DNA of 63,036 bases, filler included, from Octopus bimaculoides (taxonomy: Eukaryota), in assembly GCF_001194135.2 (NCBI RefSeq). It is 7 parts of 7 records of this genome, joined end to end, with 100 filler letters (N's around TTAATTAATTAA, not from the genome) between each part and the next. Parts side by side here need not be neighbours in the genome. Positions count along the whole stretch, not along the records: positions 36,308 to 51,622 come from NC_068985.1; positions 51,723 to 55,860 come from NC_068993.1; positions 55,961 to 61,894 come from NC_068983.1; positions 61,995 to 63,036 come from NW_026318987.1; 3 more parts are not named here. One strand, given 5' to 3'. The notes under the pieces were generated by a model. The model did not search any database. It worked only from the letters and a program-made list of their open reading frames with translations, and was not told the DNA's origin. Of this stretch, positions 49,420-63,036 are shown piece by piece; the first letter of the stretch is position 1; each line of letters starts with the position of its first letter. The translations under genes were made by a program, and so were the position numbers.

Positions 49420-51250
49420 TATGAGACCTTCCGTGACCCGACTTTTCATCCGATGTCACATTGTCCAGCCTCACTTCGTCCACGTCTTTTCCTCCGACGT
49501 CTTTTGTCCGATCACTTCGTTGTCCAACGACTTTTTGCTCAATTTTAAATCAAATCTTTAGAAAACAAGGTGAACATCAACATCAAATGTCATTGAAAAT
49601 GTTATTGATAGAATTCAAGTAAAATAGTGTAGAGAATGTATTTTAAAAAAGTAATACGATATAACTAATGATTTATTATGAGCACTTAAAATTGATTCAA
49701 ACTATATGACACACTCTTCAAAAAATTATTTTTTCTTGTTCATACATAATCAGTGACCAATGTTTTGAGGCGTTCAGTTATTCTTCGATATCGTGTAAAC
49801 GAATTCGACGGATGTCCTTGGAGAATTTGAGTCGTTTTACCTTCAACGAACTCGTCCTCTTCCTTCCGAGTTTTGATTAATTTCCAAGTATTCAAATGTA
49901 CTCCAACCTCCGAATGCTTTATCGCACTATGATACCCTTCCACGGCATTCTTTCTTCTGGGAAGATCTTGAAGAATACGCTGATTAACATTCCATATAGC
50001 TATCGGGAATGCAGGTGTTGCTCTCATTCCTCTACCACCACGTCCTCTCACAATGGTGACATTAATAATTTATTTGGTGACAGTAATAATTTATCGACAT
50101 TTTTTGATGTTAATGCTATTTCCCCGCCCAAAAGTTTTTTGTATTCTATATAAAATTATTATTAATATTAATAAATATATACGCACAAACACAGTCAAGT
50201 CGGTGTAAGCGATGAATTCAGCAGGTATTACTTCATCGTCTATTAATTCTTCATAGGCTTTTCGACATCTTCAACGGATAGGAAGTCTAATGCTGAAAAA
50301 TATCGAATTTTAATACAGAATTGAGAGTCTTTATCGTATTTTTCTTTGAGACCTTAGGCTGTAATTTTTCGAAATAGTGATTGGCTCAAATGAAAAAAGA
50401 AAAGATGCAACGATAGATGAATTAGGAAATGAGGTATTAAATGCCTTATAAACTGAAAGTTCGAAATCTGCCATGAGATCAAGCGGATATGCATTAGGTT
50501 GCATAATTTTCCATTGCTCAAAAAACTAATTCGTATGTCTGCTTCGGTTTATTCGGCAGTAATGCAAAAACCTGTGGAAAACTGCTACCTTTAACTTGTA
50601 AATGAATGCCAAACAGCTGAAACCACTGTTCTGACACAAATTTGAACGTTCCATCACATGGCCGTTGAAGATATGATGATGTATCCTGAAGAGCACTTTC
50701 TGATGCAAATTCTAGTATGCGCTGTTGGTCATCGATGCCCGAATAGCATCTCAGAAACTATTCACCATTATCAAGTTTACAATATTTATTCTTCTGGAAA
50801 TTCAAAAGCAGTCCTAGATTAGCGGGAAATCCAGAACTCTTTTTCGGTACATTTGAATAGGTCTGAGTTTGTGCTTTGCTGTTTGTCTCCACCACCACAA
50901 CTTGACAGGCTGTGTTGGCTTGTTTACGTCCTCCTTATGTAGCGATTCCTACACATAAAGCACCTCAAATTCATACCCAAGTATAATTAGTGTCCAATGT
51001 CCATTGACTAGATCCATCTACTACATATGAGCTCATCTCAGAATGTTTATTTGACCAAATGACATACGTATACTGTTATGTAGACGTTTTCTGCATACCG
51101 AGGTGAACCTCGGTATGATTTCAATACACGATGGGCAACTAGACCGAAAGCCTGACATCACGTTCGAGTTAGACAAGGGACCAATACAAATCTCATACTT
51201 TGCAATGCAAACCTCTGATTTGCAATACAACAAAAACATAAAAGAGATTA
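49420..51250 (-). mobile_element. MULE/Mutator-like transposon remnant
   Basis: DGTFKFVSEQWFQLFGIH...FPQVFALLPNKPKQTYELVF...LMADFELSVYKAFNTSFP (MULE DDE domain), PAFPIAIWNVNQR..DLPRRKNAVEGYHS, and ttgtcc-type subterminal repeats at 49460-49530. Confidence 0.85.
50069..50194 (+). repeat. ~125-bp segment inside the MULE ORF, direct-repeat copy of 48268-48398
   Basis: Both copies read tttatttggtgacagtaataatttatc...ttgatgttaatg.tattt...ttgtattctatat.aaat..tattaatatta...aaacacag. Confidence 0.8.
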
Positions 51251-51534
51251 TAATGTCATGACTGTGTTAATAAAATGTATTCATGCTAGCATGGATTTGT
51301 CATGATTTCACTCTTTACAGAGATCACAGACTTCTATTCCAAATGATGTTTCATTTACAAATCAATATTTAAATAAATCATGATATTGTTCTTGTTCAGA
51401 CATTTATCAAATTCCACTGTGAATACATTTCATTTCATGGATATTCAAATTTATAAATATGTAATACCTATTTACATATATGTTATTTCTCCTAAAAAAT
51501 CATATAACTACCATCCAAGAACTAAAAATCACAT

Positions 51535-51588
<54 letters not shown>

Positions 51589-51589
51589 G

Positions 51590-51622
<33 letters not shown>

Positions 51623-51722
51623 NNNNNNNNNNNNNNNNNNNNNNNNNNNNNNNNNNNNNNNNNNNNTTAATTAATTAANNNNNNNNNNNNNNNNNNNNNN
51701 NNNNNNNNNNNNNNNNNNNNNN

Positions 51723-51759
<37 letters not shown>

Positions 51760-52064
51760 GTAAATATAATTTCATGTATCTAATTACATTTAATAGTTAG
51801 GTTCATTTGGCACATTCCAGCTCTCATATGAATCAAACAACACCTCGACTCCACCGTTCTGTGAATCATATGCTCACGGCTTTGTTCCCTTCCCGTCGCC
51901 CTTCGCACTTTCTTCTTTTTGTTCCTACGCGTTCCTCTTGTCTTTCACTACTGTTCTCTAATATTTCAGTGACGTACACACACCTATAGACAATTACATG
52001 GACGCCATATACATATATGTGTGTGTTTGTGTGTGTGTGTATATGTGTATATATACATACATAC

Positions 52065-52120
<56 letters not shown>

Positions 52121-52202
52121 ATATACATAAATATATATATATATGTATGTGTGTGTGTGTGTGTGTGCATGTATATCTATCTATCTATATATNNNNNNNN
52201 NN

Positions 52203-52244
<42 letters not shown>

Positions 52245-52789
52245 TCTATATGTATTTATGTATGTATGCATGTATGTACGTGTGTATATATGTATATATT
52301 TATTTTTATCGATTGTCAATTAAAAGAGAAATGGTCATGATTTGAACTCAGATCGTAATGAGGAACAAGATAAAACTTCAAAGGTTTAGTCCAACGATCT
52401 ACTAACTTGGTTACTTTGTTATGCACAAAGAATACACTTTTGAATAGAAGGGTTTAGTCGATAAGATCGAATCTAATACTTGACTAATACTTTATTATAT
52501 CGTTCGCAACGTAAGTATCATTTAAAATTTTGTACTTTATCTCTTTTTAGTATGTGTGTATATATGTATGGCCAGCATATTAAAATACCTTCAAGAAGAA
52601 AATTATAAACAATTATTAATAAGGGCAAAAGAAAAAGAATTGTATACAGACAAATAGACTTTAGATCGTCTAACCACATATAACATTTTCCACTATAAAA
52701 AGACAGCGTGTTGAAACGAGGAAACCAAGTTAACATAATGTTTTTTTTTAATTCCGTTATTTCCGGATCGGACCGATTTCTTGATTAAT

Positions 52790-53141
52790 CCTTGCACAAA
52801 GTAAGGAATTGAGAAATATAATTACAAATCAAAGTGTAACTCTCAGTAAGAGACAACCTAAAAACTTGAAAAAGCTATTAACAAAGGCAAGGTTTGACCT
52901 CAGCAACAAAAATCAGACATTCACTGTGTCCAAATGCAATGATAGCCGATGCGGTACATGCCAATCAATGCATACCGGCCCATATATGAAGACAAAAACA
53001 GGGAAAATATTCACCAATGCGAACATGAACTGCAAAAGTAGAAATCTAATCTACTGCATCAAATGACCTAATTGTGAAGAACTGTACGTTGGCCAGACAG
53101 GTAATGCACTATCGGAACGCTCACGTGTGCATCGACAACAG
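52790..53141 (+). mobile_element. Penelope-like element GIY-YIG endonuclease fragment
   Basis: KRQPKNLKKLLTKARF..CNDSRCGTC..NCKSRNLIYCIK*PNCEELYVGQTG..LSERSRVHRQQ; runs into a gap. Confidence 0.9.
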
Positions 53142-54483
53142 NNNNNNNNNNNNNNNNNNNNNNNNNNNNNNNNNNNNNNNNNNNNNNNNNNNNNNNNNNN
53201 NNNNNNNNNNNNNNNNNNNNNNNNNNNNNNNNNNNNNNNNNNNNNNNNNNNNNNNNNNNNNNNNNNNNNNNNNNNNNNNNNNNNNNNNNNNNNNNNNNNN
53301 NNNNNNNNNNNNNNNNNNNNNNNNNNNNNNNNNNNNNNNNNNNNNNNNNNNNNNNNNNNNNNNNNNNNNNNNNNNNNNNNNNNNNNNNNNNNNNNNNNNN
53401 NNNNNNNNNNNNNNNNNNNNNNNNNNNNNNNNNNNNNNNNNNNNNNNNNNNNNNNNNNNNNNNNNNNNNNNNNNNNNNNNNNNNNNNNNNNNNNNNNNNN
53501 NNNNNNNNNNNNNNNNNNNNNNNNNNNNNNNNNNNNNNNNNNNNNNNNNNNNNNNNNNNNNNNNNNNNNNNNNNNNNNNNNNNNNNNNNNNNNNNNNNNN
53601 NNNNNNNNNNNNNNNNNNNNNNNNNNNNNNNNNNNNNNNNNNNNNNNNNNNNNNNNNNNNNNATACACACATATAAATCTGTATATTTGTATGTATGTAC
53701 ATATATTCATGCAAGTATGTACACACGCATATAAAGATATACATATGTGAAAGTACTGTACTATATATAAGCTGATTATGATTATCATCATCATCATCAA
53801 CATTTCGTGTATATATTCGTTCGTGTGTGAGCATAAGGGAGATATAAACTTGAGTAGCTGGTGAAGGTTACTAGAAAATTAAGCAGATCTAGTGTAAAGT
53901 TGCGTTTCAGCATATCTGTACGTACAACACTGGAGCTAGAACTAGCTTAGCTTTAAACAGCAGATAGTTCTCTACTAATCATATATTCAATAATTTAATT
54001 AGTAATAACATCATTAGCGTTAACTCTAGCCGCTAGAAGAATGTTGGTAGCATTATAATGAGCAATCTCTGAAGGGCCAATCATGTCAAAATGCTGAATT
54101 CCATAAACAATTTCTTGATAAGGGCAACAATCTCCTAAACGGTACGTTATAATCAAAGACGTTATGTACAAATGAAAAGAATGGTTCATAAGCCAATTTT
54201 CTGATCATTTGTCAAACTTCATGAACGAGGCAAAGAGAAAAACTGCTCTTTTGTCATGGCATGTATACATACAGAAAAACATTTCGATACTGGTTACTTA
54301 GTCAGTCGTTGAACAAGCTACAAACGAAATAGTGATGTCAACTCTGCAACACTGAAAAATGTCACATAATATGCGAGCTAGCGTATACATTAAACAAAGT
54401 AAAAGAAATACCATCAAAATACAACCACAGATAAACATTTTATTTACTTGGTGAGCCCAAACCGATGCATCTGGTGGTTTTGC

Positions 54484-54518
<35 letters not shown>

Positions 54519-54532
54519 GGCACATACACAGA

Positions 54533-55133
54533 CATGCAGGAAGTAAATAGACACTTTTAATTTTCAAAATCTTTTATTTGATATTAATTGGCTGAAGGAG
54601 AGGTGTTTTTTTTTCTAGCTGATCGTCCATAATACCCAAGCTTGTGCAGATATGTAACACACGTTCTTGGACTAACTTCTAGCTGGTTTGCAATGTCANN
54701 NNNNNNNNCTTGTGCAGATATGTAACACACGTTCTTGGACTAACTTCTAGCTGGTTTGCAATGTCAGAAGCCTTCGAACGGGGTTCGTTTTCCACAATTC
54801 TCTTCAAACAGTGAAGCTTCCATTCCGAGGGCCCAGGTCGGCCGGGACGAGAATCTGTTGATTCTTTTCCTTGGCTTTTGAAATGCACTATAATTTGAAG
54901 ATTTTCGGCTAATACCAGCATCAGATTGCCCAACAATACGACTTCTTTGAAAATCTGACAGTTCTGCTGAATTTTTTGTGTGTGGCATGGTTACTCTTCG
55001 CAAATGTTTAATATAATGGCACCTGGAATGAAAAAGAATAATTACATTGTAAATTCTACACCGCTGAAAACTTATTAGGACGCTTCGATCAGAAATTTTG
55101 AAAATGAAAAGGTGTCTATTTACTTCCTGCATG
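54533..55133 (-). mobile_element. Internally deleted Tc1 element (both TIRs, N-terminal DNA-binding region only)
   Basis: TIRs catgcaggaagtaaatagacac (from 54533) and gtgtctatttacttcctgcatg-TA (to 55133). MPHTKNSAELSDFQRSRIVGQSDAG, then RPGRPGPS..LKRIVENEPRSKASDIANQLEVSPRT..YLHKLGYYGRSARKK. The catalytic domain is absent. Confidence 0.9.
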
Positions 55134-55324
55134 TATGTGTACATATATAGGTGTTTAAAGTAATGATATGAGGAAGTATGAAGAGATGATTAGGTCTTGT
55201 GATGATTTCGTAAGCGACAAAAAAATATATGAATCGACTTTAGTAATTATTGAACTCTGAGACAAGAAGTCTCGTGCTTAAATACAACAAGGCATTTAAT
55301 CTCACACCAACAAGTGGAACAAGG

Positions 55325-55430
55325 TGCTCGGCAGCATTTCTTCGGTTTGTTTACGTTCTGAGTTTAAATCCTGCTAAAGATCAACTTTGCCTTACATCTC
55401 TTCGGAATCGATAAAATAAGTATGAATTGA
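55325..55430 (+). mobile_element. CORE-SINE remnant
   Basis: gttctgagtttaaatcc...tcaactttgccttacatctcttcggaatcgataaaataagta. Confidence 0.65.
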
Positions 55431-55437
55431 TTTTAGC

Positions 55438-55508
55438 AACCGCCGGTTTTCGAACTCACGATCTTACGACCAGGAGCGGGATAAACTAACAACTAAGCCA
55501 TTGACCTA
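55438..55508 (-). mobile_element. tRNA-like SINE head
   Basis: Minus strand tggcttagttgttag (A box)...gagttcgaaaacc (B box); no convincing cloverleaf. Confidence 0.5.
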
Positions 55509-55960
55509 CATTCTACAAGTATATATGTGTGTGCATTATGTATATGTCTACCATGTGGTTTTATTTATCTATTTGCATCTCTCTCTCTCTCCCTCTCTCC
55601 ACCCTCTCTCTCTCCTTCTAAGAAAGCAGATTTACACTGATTAGAAAGACACAGGAGATTAAGAGGAGTAGGTATGGTATTATATGTCCCACAGATGGAG
55701 AGAAGCGCTTGCACTACTTGTTGCATATCCTTAACTTTTTACGAACCACACAAGCCAAAATTATGACGTAATTCCGAGCAGCAAGAAACAGCTCTCATAC
55801 TTGTAGTACTATACCTTCGCCCCTTATTTTTTGTGTCATTATATTTCTCTGTTAATATATNNNNNNNNNNNNNNNNNNNNNNNNNNNNNNNNNNNNNNNN
55901 NNNNTTAATTAATTAANNNNNNNNNNNNNNNNNNNNNNNNNNNNNNNNNNNNNNNNNNNN

Positions 55961-55999
<39 letters not shown>

Positions 56000-56608
56000 A
56001 TATGGATGAATATAATTTCACATATTCGTATTTATTTATATAAGATTTATATATGTATATGTGTTTATGTGTGTATATATATGTAGATATATATATGCAC
56101 ATATATATATGAATGAGTGTATGTATATATGTTTATTCATACGTGTGTGATTGAGGAAGTGAATGTGAGTGTATTTATGCATAGATGTATAGGAGTATAT
56201 AATGTAACCACAACCACTTATACTTAAAAAAAATTATACATCTACACACGCCCACACACATATATAAAAACACAAACAAACACTATATAGGCATGTACGT
56301 ATGTGCATATATGTGTGCGTATTGATATAAATCAAATACTTATAAGTACACACACACAACTTCATATTTATCTGTGTATTTGTATATGTGTGTTATTTTT
56401 TGAGACTGTTTGTATATATATATATATATATNNNNNNNNNNNNNNNNNNNNNNNNNNNNNNNNNNNNNNNNNNNNNNNNNNNNNNNNNNNNNNNNNNNNN
56501 NNNNNNNNNNNNNNNNNNNNNNNNNNNNNNNNNNNNNNNNNNNNNNNNNNNNNNNNNNNNNNNNNNNNNNNNNNNNNNNNNNNNNNNNNNNNNNNNNNNN
56601 NNNNNNNN

Positions 56609-56648
<40 letters not shown>

Positions 56649-57357
56649 ATATTTTTATATTGTATATTAATATTTTCTACTTTATATTGATATGTTTATA
56701 ATTTTCTATATTTTCTCATGTTGACACTTCTGCACTCTTATTGCCTTTTATACAACGGTTTAGGCAGAATGTCAATGTTTGTAAAAGAGTTTCATGGTCG
56801 CTTGAGTAAACCCAAATATCGTAGCTACAAATTTTATGCATGCCAAAAATATCATGAGGTGATAACACAATAAAGGAAGCCAAATGTTGTACACTTATAT
56901 TTATGAAATATTTCTTCATTCTTTAACTGGTTTCACTTTGTTGCCACAACGTATCATCATTTAGGTGTTTTGATGGTCACCAAACTCAGTAAACATTCCA
57001 ACGTGCTACCTTTTCAATGTTCCTCCATTTATTGCATGGTTAAGCTTTAAGATAAGTAGGAATACTAACATACACTATACTGGTTTTTAGACGGTAAGCA
57101 TAAATATTATAAGAGCTGTGAGAATTGCACACATCTACACAGTCACATGAGCATACAACATATAATTACGCACACATACACACACGCATACACACAGACA
57201 CATGTATACAAATATATGTATGTACGTATGTGGATGCATTTATGTATGTATATATGCTTATGTACGTGTATGTCTGTGTGAGTGCGTTTGTGCGTGCATG
57301 TGTGTGTACGTGTTTGTTTGTGTGTGTGTGCGTGTGTGTGTGCGTAAATTTGTTAAA

Positions 57358-57407
<50 letters not shown>

Positions 57408-57934
57408 TAGAATAAAGTTGAAATATGGTCTGGTTTCACGTTTTTATTCTAGTATTTAAAAAAAATACAATTTTTTTTACAATGTTGAAAAGTGTAAGAC
57501 ATTCAAAAAATATTTTGTAATGTTCATAAAGTTGAATTAGCACTTTCATACGTTCGTAGTAATCATCGGATTTCAAAATGTATTTAACTGACAGTTGAGC
57601 TCTTGACAACTGTAGTAAAATAATTGAGTTCTTCTTTTTTATACCTTTTAAAAGGTACCAACAAACTGAATTGTTGGAATACGGTTTTGACCGATCTGCA
57701 TGCATTTTAAACGTCATGGTTTGCCAGGCGTACCGATATTACTGGCATAGATCTCGCCTTTATCTTAAACAATTAGCTTGCGATTTACATGTAATGGTTT
57801 TATGAGTTAGTAAACTTAGTTGATTTCGACCTTTTTATTTCAATTGGTGGGAGTCTTCTGTAATTTGTTTATATTCATATCTTAAAGATATTTGTTAATC
57901 CACATCATTAACTAGTTGTTATATTATTGTCGTT

Positions 57935-58297
57935 ATTTCCGTTTAGAACAGGTTTGAATATATTAATAATAATAAAACGTTTTTCTTTTATCTTTCATCC
58001 AATCTCACTTGCGTCACGTAGTTTGTGGAAAGAAAAAAATAAAGACATTTTCTGAACACATGTTTCTATATGTTCGCTCAATGGAATTTGGCGAGCATTA
58101 CTGTTCCTAATTTATTGCCCGTGGGCTCGTAAGCGTTCTGATAATACATTCCCTGCCTCGCCAATATATAGTTCCTCGAAATTCGGGCATTTAATGCAGC
58201 AGATCAAATTTCTGCTTTTGCTGTTCAAATCAGCATTTGCGAAAATCTGTCCACTTTTAATTCTAATGGTTTTACCAGTATGCATGTATTGACACGT
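57935..58297 (-). mobile_element. Second Penelope-like GIY-YIG fragment
   Basis: TCQYMHTGKTIRIKSGQIFANADLNSKSRNLICCIKCPNFEELYIGEAGNVLSERLRAH..RQIPLSEHIETC..FKPVLN; homologous to 52965-53141. Confidence 0.9.
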
Positions 58298-58397
58298 TTC
58301 ATAATAAAAAGAAGTGAAAGCCAGACGATGTTTTAACTTTATTCAGCTGAAGTATTGTTCTATACACACGAACACAAATTCGAAATATGAATATATA

Positions 58398-58800
58398 AGC
58401 ACAGGAGAGGCTGTGTGGTAACAAGCTTCCTTCCCAAACCCACTGTTCTAGGTTCAGTCCCTCTACGTGGCACTTTGGAAAAGTGTCTTCTACTATAGCC
58501 TCGGGCCGACGAATGCCTTGTGAGTGGATTTGGAGGACGGAAACCGAAAGAAGCCCGTCGTATATATATATATCTGCATGTGTGTGTATGCGTGTCTGTG
58601 TTTGTCCTCTCACCAACGCTTGACACCGATGTAAGTGTGTTTTACGTCTCTGTAAATTAGCAGTTCGGCAAAACAACCGATAGAATAAGTACTAGGCTTA
58701 CAAGGCATAAGTCCTGGGGTCGACTTGCTCGGCTAAAGGCGGTGTTCTAGAATGACCGCAGTCAAATGACTAAAACAAGTAAAAGAATAAAAGAATAAAA
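58398..58800 (+). mobile_element. tRNA-derived SINE family A, full length
   Basis: Head gcacaggagaggctgtgtggtaacaagc, B box ggttcagtcc, body, aaaagaata tail. Confidence 0.9.
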
Positions 58801-58802
58801 GA

Positions 58803-58836
<34 letters not shown>

Positions 58837-58878
58837 ACACATATATATATATATCTATATATATATATATATATATAT

Positions 58879-58930
<52 letters not shown>

Positions 58931-59407
58931 AGTAAATGTTAGAGGTAATACTTGATAATTGTAAGCCCCTGTGCATGCCAGATCGTGAAAGATATTACAA
59001 GGTATATTACAATGGACAATACCAAGTGGACTCTCACCTTTTATCTCTCATGTTTCTCCCTCTTTTAATTTCTTCTTTGTGATATAATTCTTGGGAAAGA
59101 ATATATTTGCGGCTGAAGATAGCTTTATACTATCAATTATATACCAATAATGATGCAACAACTATAAAGCTTGAAACATGTGTACCGCAGAATCCTTTGT
59201 GTTTTGTTTTTATTTTTACGTTTTCAATTTATATATATNNNNNNNNNNNNNNNNNNNNNNNNNNNNNNNNNNNNNNNNNNNNNNNNNNNNNNNNNNNNNN
59301 NNNNNNNNNNNNNNNNNNNNNNNNNNNNNNNNNNNNNNNNNNNNNNNNNNNNNNNNNNNNNNNNNNNNNNNNNNNNNNNNNNNNNNNNNNNNNNNNNNNN
59401 NNNNNNN

Positions 59408-59565
<158 letters not shown>

Positions 59566-59764
59566 GGCATATGCAGAGATACACCTAGAAATTTAGAATT
59601 GAAAGAGGAGCTTAAAAGTTGAATTTCAAAAATATAGTCTCCCGCCTCAATTAAGGGTAACTTAGATTTCAAAATCCATATTTGTTGACAATTATCCAAT
59701 GCCTATGTTTCTTATGGATTTCTCATCAGCCTTCAATATGATGGCTGTGTTACCTTGAAATCAC

Positions 59765-59927
59765 CATATATGTATGTATGTATGTATGTACGTATGTATG
59801 TATGTATGTATGTATGTATGTATGCATGTATGCATGTATGTATGTATGTATGTATGCATGTATGCATGTATGTATGTATGTATGTATATATGTACGTATG
59901 TATGTATGTATGCATGCATGTATGTAT
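59765..59927. repeat. (TATG)n/(CATG) microsatellite array
   Basis: Direct reading. Confidence 0.95.
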
Positions 59928-60219
59928 GTTTCTCTACTGTTTTCTTTTTATTATTTCACTCTTTCTTTGAAAAGGGAACTGGATTCTAACAAAGATGCAA
60001 AGTTCCATCTCTGGAATTTAGATAGCAAAAGCAATGTCACATTTAAACCAGAGAAAAGTCTCGCATAGTTTTCCTGTTCCGCTTACAGACTGTATTGTGC
60101 GATTCAACAGGTTGATTTCTTTAACTGGAAATCCTATCTTATCCAGACTGACAGTTAAGCATTTACTTACAAAGCCAAGTGTACCAATGTATGTATGTAT
60201 GTATCTATGTATGTATGTG

Positions 60220-60295
60220 AAGGCGCGTGGCTTAGTTTTTAGGGTATTCGTCTAACGATCGTTTGGGCCTAAGTTTGATTCCCGCCAGCGCTTTG
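60220..60295 (+). mobile_element. Degenerate tRNA-derived SINE head
   Basis: gaaggcgcgtggcttagt (A box)...gtttgattccc (B box), directly after a (TATG)n tract. Confidence 0.5.
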
Positions 60296-62808
60296 TTTCG
60301 AACCACAAAGAAAAGAATGTTCTCCAGAAAAAAATTCACCACTTAGTTGGTCATCCCTTCTTATACGCATATAATATATTTTTTCTGAATCTTCAGACTT
60401 TTATATGCTAGGCGACTGGTTTTAAATTGATGTTAATTAAATTTATATTCAATTTATCACCCTCAGTATACATATATATATATATATATATANNNNNNNN
60501 NNNNNNNNNNNNNNNNNNNNNNNNNNNNNNNNNNNNNNNNNNNNNNNNNNNNNNNNNNNNNNNNNNNNNNNNNNNNNNNNNNNNNNNNNNNNNNNNNNNN
60601 NNNNNNNNNNNNNNNNNNNNNNNNNNNNNNNNNNNNNNNNNNNNNNNNNNNNNNNNNNNNNNNNNNNNNNNNNNNNNNNNNNNNNNNNNNNNNNNNNNNN
60701 NNNNNNNNNNNNNNNNNNNNNNNNNNNNNNNNNNNNNNNNNNNNNNNNNNNNNNNNNNNNNNNNNNNNNNNNNNNNNNNNNNNNNNNNNNNNNNNNNNNN
60801 NNNNNNNNNNNNNNNNNNNNNNNNNNNNNNNNNNNNNNNNNNNNNNNNNNNNNNNNNNNNNNNNNNNNNNNNNNNNNNNNNNNNNNNNNNNNNNNNNNNN
60901 NNNNNNNNNNNNNNNNNNNNNNNNNNNNNNNNNNNNNNNNNNNNNNNNNNNNNNNNNNNNNNNNNNNNNNNNNNNNNNNNNNNNNNNNNNNNNNNNNNNN
61001 NNNNNNNNNNNNNNNNNNNNNNNNNNNNNNNNNNNNNNNNNNNNNNNNNNNNNNNNNNNNNNNNNNNNNNNNNNNNNNNNNNNNNNNNNNNNNNNNNNNN
61101 NNNNNNNNNNNNNNNNNNNNNNNNNNNNNNNNNNNNNNNNNCATCACCAATACTATTATTAGCAAAACACACACATCATCCAAGAGGGTGAAAGAATAAT
61201 CGACGGCACGCAACCTACCATCGTTATTTTCTTACAGAATGTAAACAAACCAGTCAACCGAAATCCAGCGACGTACACCGCCCGGTTTACAGCGTAAAAA
61301 TCCCTTGCCAAAAATTCATCCCCCATGTACATCAAGATTTCCTATCGGATCTTCCTATAACGATAGTGTATTAATTAATTCATTAATTATACCCGCCCAC
61401 GCCCACGCACCGCACACCACCACCCACATGCCCACACCTACACCCACACACACATATACCTATACTTAGATACATACACCAATATATATTTATATGTATT
61501 TTTTATGTATAACCATACACAAACACATATATACACTCACATATGCATGCATATACATATACACACATACAGATACACATGCACCCACATAAACGCGCAC
61601 AGATACACACACACATTTACATATATACGCATACATACTCACATACACACATGCGTATATATGTACATACATACATATAGCTATACCTCCATATATACAT
61701 CGATACATATGCACATACACACACACAAGCTTATATATGTTTACATGTTTACATGTACACACATACACATACGTCTCCATACACACATATATACATATAT
61801 ACACACATACACTCTCACGTGTCTCCACATGTATACCTACACCCATATACATATACACTCATATATTTGCGCCACAGACCTAATTCCAGTAAGANNNNNN
61901 NNNNNNNNNNNNNNNNNNNNNNNNNNNNNNNNNNNNNNTTAATTAATTAANNNNNNNNNNNNNNNNNNNNNNNNNNNNNNNNNNNNNNNNNNNNTGTCTG
62001 TTTGTCCCCCAAGCATTACTTGACAACCGATGCTGTTTTCGTATATGTGTTTCCGTATGTATATAGATTAGATAAGTAATCAGACAGACAGATTATTTTC
62101 ATTGCATTTGCCTCCAAGTTCAAAGTCGAATGACTCATCTCACCTCCAAAATTACACGTACATAATACCACGTGCTTTTCTTTCCGGAAATCAAACCTTT
62201 TTAAATAACGTCTTCCTAGCTATCCTCTTATACATAATCTAATCCTGTATTAACACTGTTAGTGTTTCTTCTCTAAGATTCTTTCTTTTTCTTCGCGAAG
62301 TAAATATCCATCCCTGATTTCCAATAATTCTAAAGAACCGTCAAATACTATTTTACTGCGTTTCTTTCAAATATTTTCATCTAATAAAATTTTTCACTTC
62401 TAACCTTCTAGTTTCATATCTAAAATTAATGTTATTTGTGCTTCCATGATTCATTCAATTTGATATTCTCTACACTTTTAGCTTTTTTCTAGACGTGTCC
62501 CCTATTCTTACTTGCACCTCATTCCTATATTTTAATTAACCTCTATTTTCAGGGAATAAACATTTTTACTTATTCAACATATTTTTTATCTCCCCTTCTT
62601 TATATGTTATGGTCGCCATTTGCAACATTATACAAAATATAATAGAACTAATTTTCTTATAATGGTAATATTAATTCTTTCTCCTGTAACCTTTCATCTG
62701 CTAATTCGCCTGTATTTAATTTAAATATCGAAAGATTTTAAAAGAAAGAAAAAACAACAATAGCATTTTCAACTTGTTTATTTATTTCAAAAATTCCTTT
62801 TCATGTTC

Positions 62809-62809
<1 letters not shown>

Positions 62810-62865
<56 letters not shown>
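62810..62865. repeat. (ATT)n microsatellite
   Basis: Direct reading. Confidence 0.95.
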
Positions 62866-63036
62866 GTCACTGCTGCCTACTCCTTACAAATCTCGCTTTA
62901 ATCAAAATTACAAACCTTATCCCCTTATTTGCCCTTTCACCCCCAAATGTGTTTGATAATCACCGTAATATTATAATTATTTATAGTTAACACCCCTTAC
63001 ACACCTACTACTCAAATATCTGCGTGTGTATGTATA

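Noticed and set aside
53995-54189. ORF GDCCPYQEIVYGIQHF... as a terminal exon
   Set aside because: No recognisable homology and no supporting neighbouring exons.
54641-54766. 58-bp direct duplication inside the Tc1 element
   Set aside because: Identical copies flank a 10-N gap, so this is a contig-end overlap artefact.

Overview
This is AT-rich, microsatellite-dense animal DNA with many assembly gaps. The SINE families and repeat landscape point to a coleoid cephalopod, probably Octopus (inference). No host protein-coding gene could be identified with confidence; only weak candidate minus-strand exons were seen. The window is mostly decayed mobile elements. The largest is a ~5 kb Academ (AcademX-type) DNA transposon with a broken ~1400-aa transposase/XPG-nuclease/Cys-finger ORF (11.5-16.4 kb). 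Others are five Tc1/mariner remnants, one MULE, two R4/Dong-like RLE retrotransposon fragments, RTE-type LINE fragments, two Penelope GIY-YIG fragments, three tRNA-derived SINE families in many copies, and several foldback/MITE hairpins. One minimal type-I hammerhead ribozyme motif (19498-19547) has an intact catalytic core, and its two stem mismatches fit CpG decay. Most ORFs in the supplied track are artefacts of N-gaps and microsatellites.
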